Notes: generated by a model from the letters alone, not told the origin. Shown: positions 44,241 through 53,623, counted from the first letter of the stretch. The stretch is DNA of 64,000 bases from Pseudomonadota bacterium (GCA_043827325.1 JBDRPF010000037.1:8887-72886); one strand, 5' to 3'. Numbers and translations: made by a program.

Positions 44241-44520
44241 GGCATGTGCTTCCCGTCACCCAAGGATTAATCGGATATTTTTCTTGGATTCGTTTTCGAC
44301 AATCAAATGGCGGCAACCAGATACTTTACCCGAATGCCCTTGAGCCCCACGTTTTCCAGAAATGCTTCCAGGGACTTTCCGCTCATGCATGGCGCCCTTC
44401 CTTTTTAGACAGACACGTTATAGAAACGGAACTTGCGTTCGGATTCTAAAAGCGCTGAAGAATTTGTGGGCCAGGGAAAACGGCAGCGATACAGTTTGTA
44501 ACAATACGCGACCGGATTCT

Positions 44521-45189
44521 TTACTTGATTGCAGAAGGCAGGGTCAGCAGAATGCCGGGAGCCGATTCCTCCATTTTCGCAAAACCGCCCAGAGAGGCAG
44601 CGATTTCTTGTAATATCGACCAGTTTTCTGAAACAGATATGGTATTGCTAAAGGCGGTTTCACGAAGCGAATCCCCTTCGCATAAAAAATAAACTTCCTG
44701 TTTTTCACCGCCTTTCCGGGGATAAATGTTAATTTGTCCCCCGGAGGTCATCACGTTTAGACAACATTCGATGCATTTATACAGTGCTCTCTGTAACAGA
44801 AGCGGATGGGTCATAATCGTGATCGGTTGGTCCGGGGGGTGGACTTTTAGAACGACATTTTTTAATCTGGCATAGCGGGCAGTCAGCGCGATCAGCTGTT
44901 CGGTCATTTCGTAGAGATCGATTATAGAAATGCTCTCATCGGTGCTGTGTGCAAATTTGTTGAGCCGGTTCGTCAATTCGACTCCCCGTTTGATCTGGGT
45001 CTTAATTCTATCCAGGGAAATTTGAATCTTGTCCTGATGTGAAGGGATCGCCTCCGGAGCAATGGCCAAGATGTCTTCCATCAGGCCCGATGCCTGCTGG
45101 ATGATGGCGAGAACATTTTTTATCTCATGCGTAAACCCGGCGGTGATTTTCCCGAAAAAGGCAACGTTGTTCTCATCTGGTGTTTTCAT
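44521..45189 (-). CDS. degenerate histidine-kinase-like protein (DHp H-box retained, ATP-lid boxes absent)
   Basis: FTHEIKNVL H-box is present but I saw no DxGxG or GxGxGL boxes. Start placed at the ATG at 45189 (MKTPDENN), which has GGGAAGGAAAA upstream; an alternative start is the GTG at 45210. Confidence 0.6.
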   Translation of the reverse strand: MKTPDENNVAFFGKITAGFTHEIKNVLAIIQQASGLMEDILAIAPEAIPSHQDKIQISLDRIKTQIKRGVELTNRLNKFAHSTDESISIIDLYEMTEQLIALTARYARLKNVVLKVHPPDQPITIMTHPLLLQRALYKCIECCLNVMTSGGQINIYPRKGGEKQEVYFLCEGDSLRETAFSNTISVSENWSILQEIAASLGGFAKMEESAPGILLTLPSAIK

Positions 45190-45210
45190 TTTTCCTTCCC
45201 AAACAGCCAC

Positions 45211-45588
45211 TCAACTTGGCGGTATGTTTTTGACGGCTTCTTCCATTTTTCGAATCAATTCATCGATTTTTACCGGCTTCATCAGGTAGTCATGAGCCCC
45301 CAACTGCATCCCCTCGGCCCCTTCTGTCGCAGACCCGCGGCCGGTCAAAAGGATAACCGGAAGTTGAGGGGCCCGGGCTTTCACCTGCTGCAAGACATCC
45401 AGACCGCTTATCCCCGGCATCAGGAGATCCAGTACCACCAGATGCGGAGGGTCATTTTCAATTATTTGCAGTGCACGCTCGCCATCGGAGGCCGTCAGAA
45501 CCTGATATCCTCTCAATTGGAGTCTTTCCGCCAGAGTGTCGACAAAGTCTTTCTCATCGTCTACGAGCAAAAGCTTCGGTTTCGTCAT
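45211..45588 (-). CDS. single-domain response regulator (CheY-like)
   Basis: 125 aa, KLLLVDDEKDF...DLLMPGISG...KP. There is an ATGA overlap with the kinase stop. Confidence 0.9.
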   Translation of the reverse strand: MTKPKLLLVDDEKDFVDTLAERLQLRGYQVLTASDGERALQIIENDPPHLVVLDLLMPGISGLDVLQQVKARAPQLPVILLTGRGSATEGAEGMQLGAHDYLMKPVKIDELIRKMEEAVKNIPPS

Positions 45589-47315
45589 GGTTGTCCCTGA
45601 TTCAGTTGTGGATGTTTTTTCAAATAGACGGTAAATGTCGTTCCCCGGCCTTCAGTGCTCTGAACTTTCACATCTCCGCCCAGTTTTTTAACAATGCCGT
45701 AGGTGATGGACAGACCAAGGCCGGTGCCGTATCCTTTTTTGCTTGTGAAAAAGGGCTCGAAGATATGTTTTTGAGTCTCAGCGGACATCCCGCAGCCGTT
45801 GTCCTGTATCGAAATCCCGATGAACTCGGCATCCTCGTCCCACGTCGTAATTGTAACCTGTCCACCGTCCGCGACTGCCGCGAAGCCGTTGGTCAAGATA
45901 TTCAAAAAAACCTGCTGCAATTGTCCGATGTCGGAGGATATTCTGGGAAGATCTCCCGCAAACTGAAGCCGGATGTCGATGTTTCTGTAGATGTATTCTT
46001 TTTCCAGAAAACCGAGCACTTCTTTAATGAGCTCGTTGACCTCCAGCATCTCGAACGTGACTTCCATCCGGCGGGCAAATCCCAGAAGGCGGTGGGTGAT
46101 CGTTTTGCAGCGTTCGACCGATTGAATAACGGAATCGATCAGTTCAAGAAATTTCCCCCCCCCCTCGACATGTTTTCCATATTCGATGAGGTCTTTCATC
46201 AGTCCGGCTTTTTCGTTGATAATAGCCATGGGGTTGTTGATTTCATGGGCCACGCCGGCCGCCAGTCTCCCGATGGACGAAAGCTTCTGGGAATGCTCGA
46301 GTTCCCGGAACGCGAGTTCGCGTTTTTCATCCGCCTCCCGCATGTTTTTCACCAGCACGCCGACAAGCTTGAAGACGACCAGAATAATGAGGGCGACGCT
46401 GGTTATAAAAATGAAAAACATTTCGCTTTTGAGTGTAAACCATGCCTGCAAAACTGCGGAACTGGGCTTGACGACGACCAGGGTGTAATCCGGCTTGTCC
46501 AGACGGGTGTAGACCGTTATGATCTGGCGTCCGACGGGATCGGTTCCTTCGGTCACCACGGATCCGTATTTGCCCGGGGGGGGCGAAAATGGGCAGGGCT
46601 CCAGGACCTTTCCGTAAAACTTGGAGCCGGTCTGAAAAATGCCTTTGTTGTTAATCAAAAAGGCATCGCTTTCCGGATTCAGTCCCATTGAAGCGATAAG
46701 CTTATCAAAAATATCCGTATCAAAGGTGGCGCGCAGGATCCAGCACCCTCTTTCCTCGTTGAACAACTGGACCGCGATGGCGATGTGGGGAAATTTTCGA
46801 TACCCCATAAAAACGTCGCTGATGTAAACGCCTCTTACAACCACCTCCTGGAACCAGCCCTGTTGTGAATAATCTTTTCCCAAAAGATCGTAGGGGCCTG
46901 CGTAGCTGACCTGAATGCCCTGGCAGTCGATCAGCCCCAGGTCTACAAATCCGCCGAATTCCGCTTTTAAAATGCGAAAAATACGGTTCAGGTTTTTTTC
47001 GTCGGCCAGCTCTTCAAAAGAATATGCCGAAGCAATGAATTTTACGTTGGCGAGTTTTTGGTCAAGAAAGAGTTCGAAGGAATGCTTGGTTTTGTTGGAC
47101 AGCAGTCGAAGCGGATTCACGATTTCGTTTTTTATCGTTGCTTGATACAGGTAATGGTTGATGGCGGTCATGAGCACCAGGGGAACAAGGGTCACCAGAA
47201 GCATCAGGATGACAATATTCCTTCGAAGGATGCGGTAGCGATCCGGAGAGGCTTCTTCACTGCCCGGCTGCAATAGGCCGCGTATAAGACGTTGATGCCA
47301 ATTTAAATCCGCCAT
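45585..47315 (-). CDS. membrane sensor histidine kinase (Cache-like + HisKA + HATPase)
   Basis: 576 aa with the VAHEINNPM H-box and DNGCGM / GTGLGL. It contains G10 and C8 homopolymer tracts. Confidence 0.85.
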   Translation of the reverse strand: MADLNWHQRLIRGLLQPGSEEASPDRYRILRRNIVILMLLVTLVPLVLMTAINHYLYQATIKNEIVNPLRLLSNKTKHSFELFLDQKLANVKFIASAYSFEELADEKNLNRIFRILKAEFGGFVDLGLIDCQGIQVSYAGPYDLLGKDYSQQGWFQEVVVRGVYISDVFMGYRKFPHIAIAVQLFNEERGCWILRATFDTDIFDKLIASMGLNPESDAFLINNKGIFQTGSKFYGKVLEPCPFSPPPGKYGSVVTEGTDPVGRQIITVYTRLDKPDYTLVVVKPSSAVLQAWFTLKSEMFFIFITSVALIILVVFKLVGVLVKNMREADEKRELAFRELEHSQKLSSIGRLAAGVAHEINNPMAIINEKAGLMKDLIEYGKHVEGGGKFLELIDSVIQSVERCKTITHRLLGFARRMEVTFEMLEVNELIKEVLGFLEKEYIYRNIDIRLQFAGDLPRISSDIGQLQQVFLNILTNGFAAVADGGQVTITTWDEDAEFIGISIQDNGCGMSAETQKHIFEPFFTSKKGYGTGLGLSITYGIVKKLGGDVKVQSTEGRGTTFTVYLKKHPQLNQGQP

Positions 47316-47345
47316 CTATTTGTCCTGTTTTATCCGGTCATGAAA

Positions 47346-47375
47346 ACCCGGCCCCTTGGGCCCGGATTCTTTATT
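47346..47375 (-). repeat. copy of the TAAAGAATYCGGG-hairpin element (ATAAAGAATCCGGGCCCAAGGGGCCGGGTTTTC on the minus strand) inside the kinase 5' leader
   Basis: It aligns with 2014..2050 and 21291..21320 and lies between promoter 47412 and ATG 47315. Confidence 0.55.
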
Positions 47376-47411
47376 GAAACGCACCACAAATTATACCTTC
47401 CTCCTATCAAA

Positions 47412-47426
47412 GCAAAATGCATGCCA
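47412..47426 (-). promoter_or_regulatory. sigma54 -24/-12 promoter (TGGCAT-GCATT-TTGC)
   Basis: Correct spacing, 97 nt upstream of the kinase ATG. No TTTTACA palindrome was found upstream. Confidence 0.65.
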
Positions 47427-47704
47427 CGACGACATTTTATCATACTGTCAAATTATTAAATAAATCAAATAAAGAAATTTTCTCACCGGTGGAATTGGGG
47501 GAATTATTTGAGTGCATCAGCAGCCTTTAGATATTGCTCACACTCAGTCCCCTCCGTCTTATTTTTTCGCCAACATCTCAGGTTAACGTCAAGTCGTGAC
47601 AGATTGAAATTATCCCATAAAAATCAGAATTGTCAATATCTGTGCTTTTTTGCCAATATCGAGACATTCAAAAAAGCGTATGGCATACAGATAACAATTG
47701 ATTA

Positions 47705-48760
47705 CTATTGGCCGGTTTTTAGCTTTTCCCAATAGTGCTCGTAAACGACGATCGCTTCACCGATGTCGTTTTGAAACTCCGAACGGTGTAAAACTTCGTT
47801 GGGCGGATACGCCACCGGGCTGTTGCGGACGGCCTCGGGCAACAGTTTGAATGCCTCACGATTGGGTGTGGCATAGCCGATTTCGGCTGCAATTTGGGCG
47901 GCGATATCGGGCCGCAGAATGAAATTGATGAAGCTGTGGGCGTTCTCCACATTCGGCGCATTTTTCGGAATCGCCAAACAGTCGGTCCAAAAGATGCCTC
48001 CCTCTTTGGGCCAGATAAACTTAAGTTGCGGATTTTCTTCCATAGCCTGAAACGCTTCACCGTTCCAGATCATGCCGAGCGTAACCTCGCCGTTTAAGTA
48101 AGGCATCTTGGGGTTGTCGGAGTTAAACAACCGCACGTTGGGCAAAAGCCCGGTCAACAGCTCGTAAGACGCCTTGATCTGATCCGTATCGGTGGCATTG
48201 ACGGAATGGCCGTTCAGGGCCAGGGCGATGCCGAAAACCTCCCGCAAATCATCCTGCAGCAACACTGCCTGGCGATAGGCCGGGTTCCAAAGATCGCGCC
48301 AGGAGGTTACGGAGGCCGGGTCGATCCGGGCGCTGTCGACCATCAAACCGGTACCGCCCCACATATAGGGAACACTGTAGCGGTTTTGGGGGTCATAGGG
48401 TTTATCGAGCAGCGCCGGGTCCAGGTTTGTAAGATTTGTCAGCTTGCTTTTGTCCAGCGGCGCCAAAAGGCCTTCCCGCCGCATCTTGCTGACGAAATAG
48501 CTGCTGGGAACGATGATGTCATACCCCTTGGCACCCATCAGCTTCACTTTGGCATACAGGGTTTCATTGCTTTCATAGGTGGCATATACCACATTGATCC
48601 CGGTCTCGCGTGTAAACTGAGACAAAATCGGATCCGGCATGTACTCGGTCCAGTTGTAGACCACCACTTCACCGCCGGCAACAGCCGGTGAAACGCCCGG
48701 AAAAAACCCCAGACAGAGGCTCAGGCTCAGTATTGTCATGAATATAAGTATTTTTTTCAT
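47705..48760 (-). CDS. potD: spermidine/putrescine ABC transporter substrate-binding protein
   Basis: 351 aa with a signal peptide and PotD-like motifs (VVVYNWTEYMP, IWNGEA). It belongs to the potABCD gene set. Confidence 0.85.
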   Translation of the reverse strand: MKKILIFMTILSLSLCLGFFPGVSPAVAGGEVVVYNWTEYMPDPILSQFTRETGINVVYATYESNETLYAKVKLMGAKGYDIIVPSSYFVSKMRREGLLAPLDKSKLTNLTNLDPALLDKPYDPQNRYSVPYMWGGTGLMVDSARIDPASVTSWRDLWNPAYRQAVLLQDDLREVFGIALALNGHSVNATDTDQIKASYELLTGLLPNVRLFNSDNPKMPYLNGEVTLGMIWNGEAFQAMEENPQLKFIWPKEGGIFWTDCLAIPKNAPNVENAHSFINFILRPDIAAQIAAEIGYATPNREAFKLLPEAVRNSPVAYPPNEVLHRSEFQNDIGEAIVVYEHYWEKLKTGQ

Positions 48761-49527
48761 CGGTTACGCTCCTTTAAAAGAAGTTGTGAGGCGAGTACCA
48801 AAAAAACCGTGACGGTCAATAGAATTGCACACAGGGCGTTGACTTCGGGCTTTACCCCCAGTTTAACCATGGAATAGATCCGCAGCGGCAAAATCTCGAA
48901 TCCGGGTCCGGTCACGAAAAAACTGATGATCACATCGTCCAGTGACAAGGTGAACGACAGCAGCCATCCGGCCATAACAGCCGGAATGATCAGCGGCAAA
49001 ATGACGTATCGAAACGTTTCGAACTCTCCGGCCCCCAGGTCCTGGGCCGCTTCCACCACGTGCCGGTCAAAACCATGCATGCGTGAGGCGACCGTGACCG
49101 CCACAAAGGGCAGGCAAAATGTAATGTGAGCCAAAAGCAGGGTCAAAAACCCCAGTTCCAGGCGAGCGGCCACAAACATGACTAAAAGCGCAACTCCCAT
49201 GACGATGTCCGGGGAGATAATCACAATCAAAACAACGGTCTGGATCAGTTTCCGGCCCTTGTATCGGTAGCGGCTCGAAGCCAACGCCGCCAGGGTTCCC
49301 AGCAATGTTGCCCCGGTGGCCGCCAAAAAAGCGAGCATCAGTGAATTGCGCGCGGCGGTCAAGATCCGGATGTCGGCAAACAACTCAACATACCAGCGCA
49401 ACGAAAAACTTTTCCAGCCGATGGCGTATTTGGAGCTGTTGAAGGAAAAAACCATCAGCACCAGAATGGGCAGATACAAGAAAACGTAGCCCATGGCCAG
49501 GTAGCCGTATTTCATCAATCTGTTCAT
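48757..49527 (-). CDS. potC: spermidine/putrescine ABC transporter permease
   Basis: Start trimmed to the ATG at 49527 (MNRLMKYGY), a 4-nt overlap with the potB stop. EAAQDLGAG EAA loop. Confidence 0.85.
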   Translation of the reverse strand: MNRLMKYGYLAMGYVFLYLPILVLMVFSFNSSKYAIGWKSFSLRWYVELFADIRILTAARNSLMLAFLAATGATLLGTLAALASSRYRYKGRKLIQTVVLIVIISPDIVMGVALLVMFVAARLELGFLTLLLAHITFCLPFVAVTVASRMHGFDRHVVEAAQDLGAGEFETFRYVILPLIIPAVMAGWLLSFTLSLDDVIISFFVTGPGFEILPLRIYSMVKLGVKPEVNALCAILLTVTVFLVLASQLLLKERNR

Positions 49528-50387
49528 ACCGCCACCGTAATGGATTTTTGCGCCTTGGCAACACTGCGCTGGTAAACGGCAATCAGAACGATCATGATAA
49601 GGGTCAACAGGATGCTGGCCGCTGCGCCGGCGGGCCAATTCCGGGCGGTCATGAACTGGTTCTTGATGAAGTTGCCTATCAGCAGGCTTTTGGCGCCGCC
49701 CAGAATGTCGGGAATGTAAAACATACCCAAAGCGGGCAGAAAAACCAGCGTGATTCCGGCGACGATACCCGGCATGGTTAAGGGAAGGGCTACGTGTAAA
49801 AAGGTTCTGATTTTACCGGCTCCCAGATCCTGAGCCACTTCGATGAGCTGTGGATCCAACTTTTCAACCGAGGCGTAGATGGGCAAAATCATAAACGGCA
49901 CCAGAGTGTATACCAGTCCGATTAGCACCGCCAAGTCACTGTAGAGCATCCGAACCGGGTGATCGATAAGCCCTGAGGCCATCAATACCTGGTTAAGAAG
50001 ACCATTTGTTTTAAGAATGAATACCAAAGCATAGCTGCGGATCAGGGAATTGGTCCAGAAAGGGATGATCACCAGCATGAGCAGCAGATTTTTGCCGCGT
50101 GCCCCCAAACGCGCCAGAACGTAAGCAAACGGGTAGCCGGTTGCCAAGCATACCAGCGCCGTGGTGCCTGCCAACAGCATGGAATTCCAGAAGATACGCA
50201 AAAAAGCCGGGGCCAGAATAGCGCCGTATCCCTCAAAAGACAACTGCGGCACAATCAGCGCGGTTTCACTGCGGGTCATGAAGCTGACCGTGCAGATCAA
50301 TAAAAAGGGAATCAGGGAAAAGACGGTCAGCCACAGTCCGGTGGCGGCAATGGTGATTTTTTTAAACAGATTGGGCATCTTCATCAA
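49524..50387 (-). CDS. potB: spermidine/putrescine ABC transporter permease
   Basis: 287 aa, EVAQDLGAG EAA loop. Confidence 0.85.
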   Translation of the reverse strand: MMKMPNLFKKITIAATGLWLTVFSLIPFLLICTVSFMTRSETALIVPQLSFEGYGAILAPAFLRIFWNSMLLAGTTALVCLATGYPFAYVLARLGARGKNLLLMLVIIPFWTNSLIRSYALVFILKTNGLLNQVLMASGLIDHPVRMLYSDLAVLIGLVYTLVPFMILPIYASVEKLDPQLIEVAQDLGAGKIRTFLHVALPLTMPGIVAGITLVFLPALGMFYIPDILGGAKSLLIGNFIKNQFMTARNWPAGAAASILLTLIMIVLIAVYQRSVAKAQKSITVAV

Positions 50388-51567
50388 TAAAAACGATTTC
50401 CCATCCTTTGATCCAACTTACAAACACTCTTTCTCCGGCTGCTGCGATCATGCTTTCGTCGTTTTCATCGAAAAACTCGGTCACCAGCAACTGTTTGCCG
50501 TTGGTTAAGGTTATGGCGATGTCGTAGGTGGTTCCCTTGTAAATGGTTTCATCCACCTGACCCTCTATCCACAGGGTGTCATCCCCGGCCGGCTTCTGAC
50601 GGTTGACGAGAAGATCTTCAGGACGCAGCATCACCTTGATACGCTGGCCGGAACTCAAAGCTTCTTTGGTTTTAAGCAGGCAGGGTTTTGCCTGGCCTTC
50701 AACCAGGGCTTTCACCGATCCGTCCTTGAACTGTTCTTCCAGACCGAGGATCTCCCCGTCCAGGATGTTGGTTTCACCCACGAATTTAGCTACTTTCAGG
50801 CTGACCGGATTTTCGTAGACTTCAACCGGTGTTCCGATCTGTTGGATGCATCCGTCCTGCAACACCACCACCCGGTCCGAAACCGACAGCGCTTCCTGCT
50901 GATCGTGCGTGACATGGATGAAAGTGATACCCAGCCTGCGCTGCAAATGTTTCAATTCGCGCTGCATCTGTTTGCGAAGCTTGGCGTCCAAGGCGCTCAG
51001 CGGCTCATCCAGCAAGAGTACCAGGGGGTTGTTCACTGCGGCGCGGGCGATGGCCACGCGCTGCTGCTGTCCCCCGGAAAGCTGGTTAGGTTTGCGCCCG
51101 GCCATCTCTTCCAGTGCCACCATGCGCAACATGGCGATCACCCGCGATCGGACCTCATCAGGCGCAATGCGGCTCATTTTTAAACCAAAAGCCACGTTGT
51201 CAAAAACATTCATGTGGGGAAAAAGTGCGTAGCTCTGAAACACGGTGTTCACTTTGCGTTGGTTGGGAGGAAGGTCGGTAATATCTTTACCGGCGATTAA
51301 AATTCGCCCCCGGGTGGGAGCTTCAAAGCCGGCGATAAGCCGAAGCATGGTGGTCTTTCCACAGCCGCTGGGCCCCAGGAGAGTGAGAAACTCCTGGTTG
51401 CGAATGGCCAGATTGATGTCGTGCAACACCGTATGGCCGCCAAACGCAATGGTAACATTTTTGAGTTGAATAATGGCACTGTTCGGGTCCGGCAAGTCAA
51501 CACCTTTTTTCAGAGAATCGGCAACCGCAGAAGACCTTATAAATGATTTTTTATCGAAACAAAACAT
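50362..51567 (-). CDS. potA: spermidine/putrescine ABC transporter ATPase
   Basis: GPSGCGKTT Walker A, LSGGQQQRVAIARA signature and a TOBE-like C-terminus. The start is uncertain: there is no RBS at 51567, and an internal TTG start is possible. Confidence 0.85.
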   Translation of the reverse strand: MFCFDKKSFIRSSAVADSLKKGVDLPDPNSAIIQLKNVTIAFGGHTVLHDINLAIRNQEFLTLLGPSGCGKTTMLRLIAGFEAPTRGRILIAGKDITDLPPNQRKVNTVFQSYALFPHMNVFDNVAFGLKMSRIAPDEVRSRVIAMLRMVALEEMAGRKPNQLSGGQQQRVAIARAAVNNPLVLLLDEPLSALDAKLRKQMQRELKHLQRRLGITFIHVTHDQQEALSVSDRVVVLQDGCIQQIGTPVEVYENPVSLKVAKFVGETNILDGEILGLEEQFKDGSVKALVEGQAKPCLLKTKEALSSGQRIKVMLRPEDLLVNRQKPAGDDTLWIEGQVDETIYKGTTYDIAITLTNGKQLLVTEFFDENDESMIAAAGERVFVSWIKGWEIVFIDEDAQSV

Positions 51568-51616
51568 TTTTCTGTAAGACCTAAACTGAACGATTATCGA
51601 GGTGGAACCTCAAAAT

Positions 51617-52216
51617 TCAAAAACCCGCGTCGCGAGCAGTGGTTGACTTTTCCGGGTGTTTTCCGGTAATTCCGTTGTAAAAAGAACGGATTGTCTTCAT
51701 GTCTGTTTCGATGTTTCCGGTTGGATAAATGGTCGGTCCCATTCCGCCCTTTTTTCGTCGATAATCGAGAAAACCCAGTACAATCGGAACATCTGCACCG
51801 ACAGCAATATAATAAAAACCGGTTTTCCACTTTTTCACGCGTTTTCGGGTTCCGGCCGGGGCAATGGTCAGGATAAGATTTTCATGCTGATGAAATCGCC
51901 GGATCGACTGTTCAACAGTATTGGTCGATCTGGAGCGGTTTATAGGTATTCCCCCCAGCCATTTGAAGAACCCCTCCAACGGCCACTGAAAAAGGATATC
52001 TTTTCCCATCCAGCTTATGTTGATTCCCAGAACAAAGGCGACGAACAAAGCGTACGGGAGGTCCCAGTTGGAAGTGTGGGGCGCTCCGGTAAGGACAAAT
52101 CGGGGACAATCCGGTTTCCGGCCCACGGCCTGCCATCCGGTGGCCTTCAGCATAACTATTGAAATATAATATAAAATTTTGTTTAACACCGGTGTGTTGA
52201 AGATGGTGTAATTCAT
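51617..52216 (-). CDS. lysophospholipid/1-acyl-glycerol-3-phosphate acyltransferase family protein
   Basis: 199 aa with the HTSNWD (HX4D) motif and APAGTR. Confidence 0.7.
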   Translation of the reverse strand: MNYTIFNTPVLNKILYYISIVMLKATGWQAVGRKPDCPRFVLTGAPHTSNWDLPYALFVAFVLGINISWMGKDILFQWPLEGFFKWLGGIPINRSRSTNTVEQSIRRFHQHENLILTIAPAGTRKRVKKWKTGFYYIAVGADVPIVLGFLDYRRKKGGMGPTIYPTGNIETDMKTIRSFYNGITGKHPEKSTTARDAGF

Positions 52217-52279
52217 ATTTATTCTTCACCCTCTTTTAGCAGGATGCGGGTGTTCCGAAAAACAACCGGAATCTGTTTT

Positions 52280-53623
52280 TCAATACCCAGCTTCCTCCAA
52301 ACGCGCCGCCTCCGCCCTGCCTTTTTCTTCGTCCACAAAATAGAAAAGTGTTCCGCCGATTAGAAAGAGAAGTAAAATGGAGGCAATCCCCCAGCGAGAC
52401 GCCAGTTGGCCGACTGCGACAATCTGTTCGGGAGTGGGAGACGCCGGCATCAAAATTCGGCGTGCCGTCAATCCAACGATCCCCATCAACAAAGGGCCTA
52501 GGATTGTCGCAAATTTCCCCAGCATGTTATAGAACCCGTAGTATTCGGCGGCCTGGTTTTTGGGGATCAGCCTGGAGTAATAAGACCGGCTCAGCGCTTG
52601 AATGCCGCCCTGAACGCAACCGATCGCAATCGCAAGGATGTAAAACTCCCTCTTGCCGGTCATCATCGTTCCCCAGAGAGTAATGATAATATACATGCCG
52701 ATAGCCAGGTATATTGACTTGCGTACACTCCAGCGCTGTCCCAGCTTTCCAAACGCCAGCGCGCAGGGGAATCCGACAAATTGCGTGATGAGCAAGGCGA
52801 CGATTAAATCATTCGAGGCAAATCCCAGGGACATGCCGTAATCGACCGCCATTCGAATAATGGTATCCACACCGTCAATATAAAACCAGTAAGCGAACAG
52901 GAAAAGAAGGATGGTTTTGAGGTGACGGATTTTTTTAAAGGTGTCGATGAATTGCCGAAGTCCATCGATGATGAAATTGGCACCGTGCGATGAGGCGTCG
53001 GCTGTCTTTTTTTCGGGCACCCACAGAATGATAAAAACAGTAAAAACCCCCCACCACAGCGCCACAGAAATAAAGGCATATCGGACGGCAGTTTCCGGGT
53101 CGGGCAATCCGAATTTTTCAGGCATCAACACCATGAGAACATTTACAAGAAAAAGGAGCCCTCCCCCGAGATATCCCATTGAAAAGCCCCAGCCGGACAC
53201 GTAATCGATGTTGCTCTCATCCGCCACGCCGGGCAGAAGCGAATCATAAAATATGTTTGCACCGGAAAATCCGATGATCCCCATGGTATATATGAAGATG
53301 GCCCAGAGCCAATCCCCCTTTTGGACAAGGAACAGGGCGGCCGTCATTAGAACCCCAAGGTACGCGAAAAAAAGAAGGAACTTCTTTTTTGCAGACCCCC
53401 TGTCCGCGATCGCACCCAGAACCGGTGCCATCAGCGCGACGAACAGACCGGCGAGAGCGTTGCCGAACGCGAGCTGGGCTGTACTCGTGTTAACGTCGGT
53501 ACCGTAGCTGCAATATTGCTTGAAATAAATGGGAAAAAAACCGGCCATCACGGTTGTTGCAAAAGCGGAGTTCGCCCAGTCGTACATGACCCAGCCCCAT
53601 ACAGCCTTTTTATCTTTATCCAT
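52280..53623 (-). CDS. MFS transporter (UMF1/Atg22-like family)
   Basis: Start trimmed to the ATG at 53623 (MDKDKKAVWGWVMYDWANSAF), a typical UMF1 N-terminus. About 12 TM segments. Confidence 0.75.
   Translation of the reverse strand: MDKDKKAVWGWVMYDWANSAFATTVMAGFFPIYFKQYCSYGTDVNTSTAQLAFGNALAGLFVALMAPVLGAIADRGSAKKKFLLFFAYLGVLMTAALFLVQKGDWLWAIFIYTMGIIGFSGANIFYDSLLPGVADESNIDYVSGWGFSMGYLGGGLLFLVNVLMVLMPEKFGLPDPETAVRYAFISVALWWGVFTVFIILWVPEKKTADASSHGANFIIDGLRQFIDTFKKIRHLKTILLFLFAYWFYIDGVDTIIRMAVDYGMSLGFASNDLIVALLITQFVGFPCALAFGKLGQRWSVRKSIYLAIGMYIIITLWGTMMTGKREFYILAIAIGCVQGGIQALSRSYYSRLIPKNQAAEYYGFYNMLGKFATILGPLLMGIVGLTARRILMPASPTPEQIVAVGQLASRWGIASILLLFLIGGTLFYFVDEEKGRAEAARLEEAGY

Noticed and set aside
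44303-44386. 27-codon minus-strand ORF MSGKSLEAFLENVGLKGIRVKYLVAAI in the 280-nt gap of the kinase operon
   Set aside because: It is too short and has no recognisable family. It may be a remnant or a small protein, but I cannot support it from sequence alone.
47590-47660. Possible eighth copy of the TTTTACA palindrome upstream of the 47412 promoter (TGACAGATTGAAATTATCCC...; TTGYCAATATC x2)
   Set aside because: Only the TG-CAGA flank is similar and the palindromic core is absent. The distance to the promoter (about 185-235 bp) also does not fit the 105-116 bp rule.
47681-47695. TGGCAT-ACAGA-TAAC on the plus strand, which resembles a -24 box
   Set aside because: It lacks the TTGC -12 element and has no plus-strand gene downstream, because the potD stop lies adjacent on the other strand.
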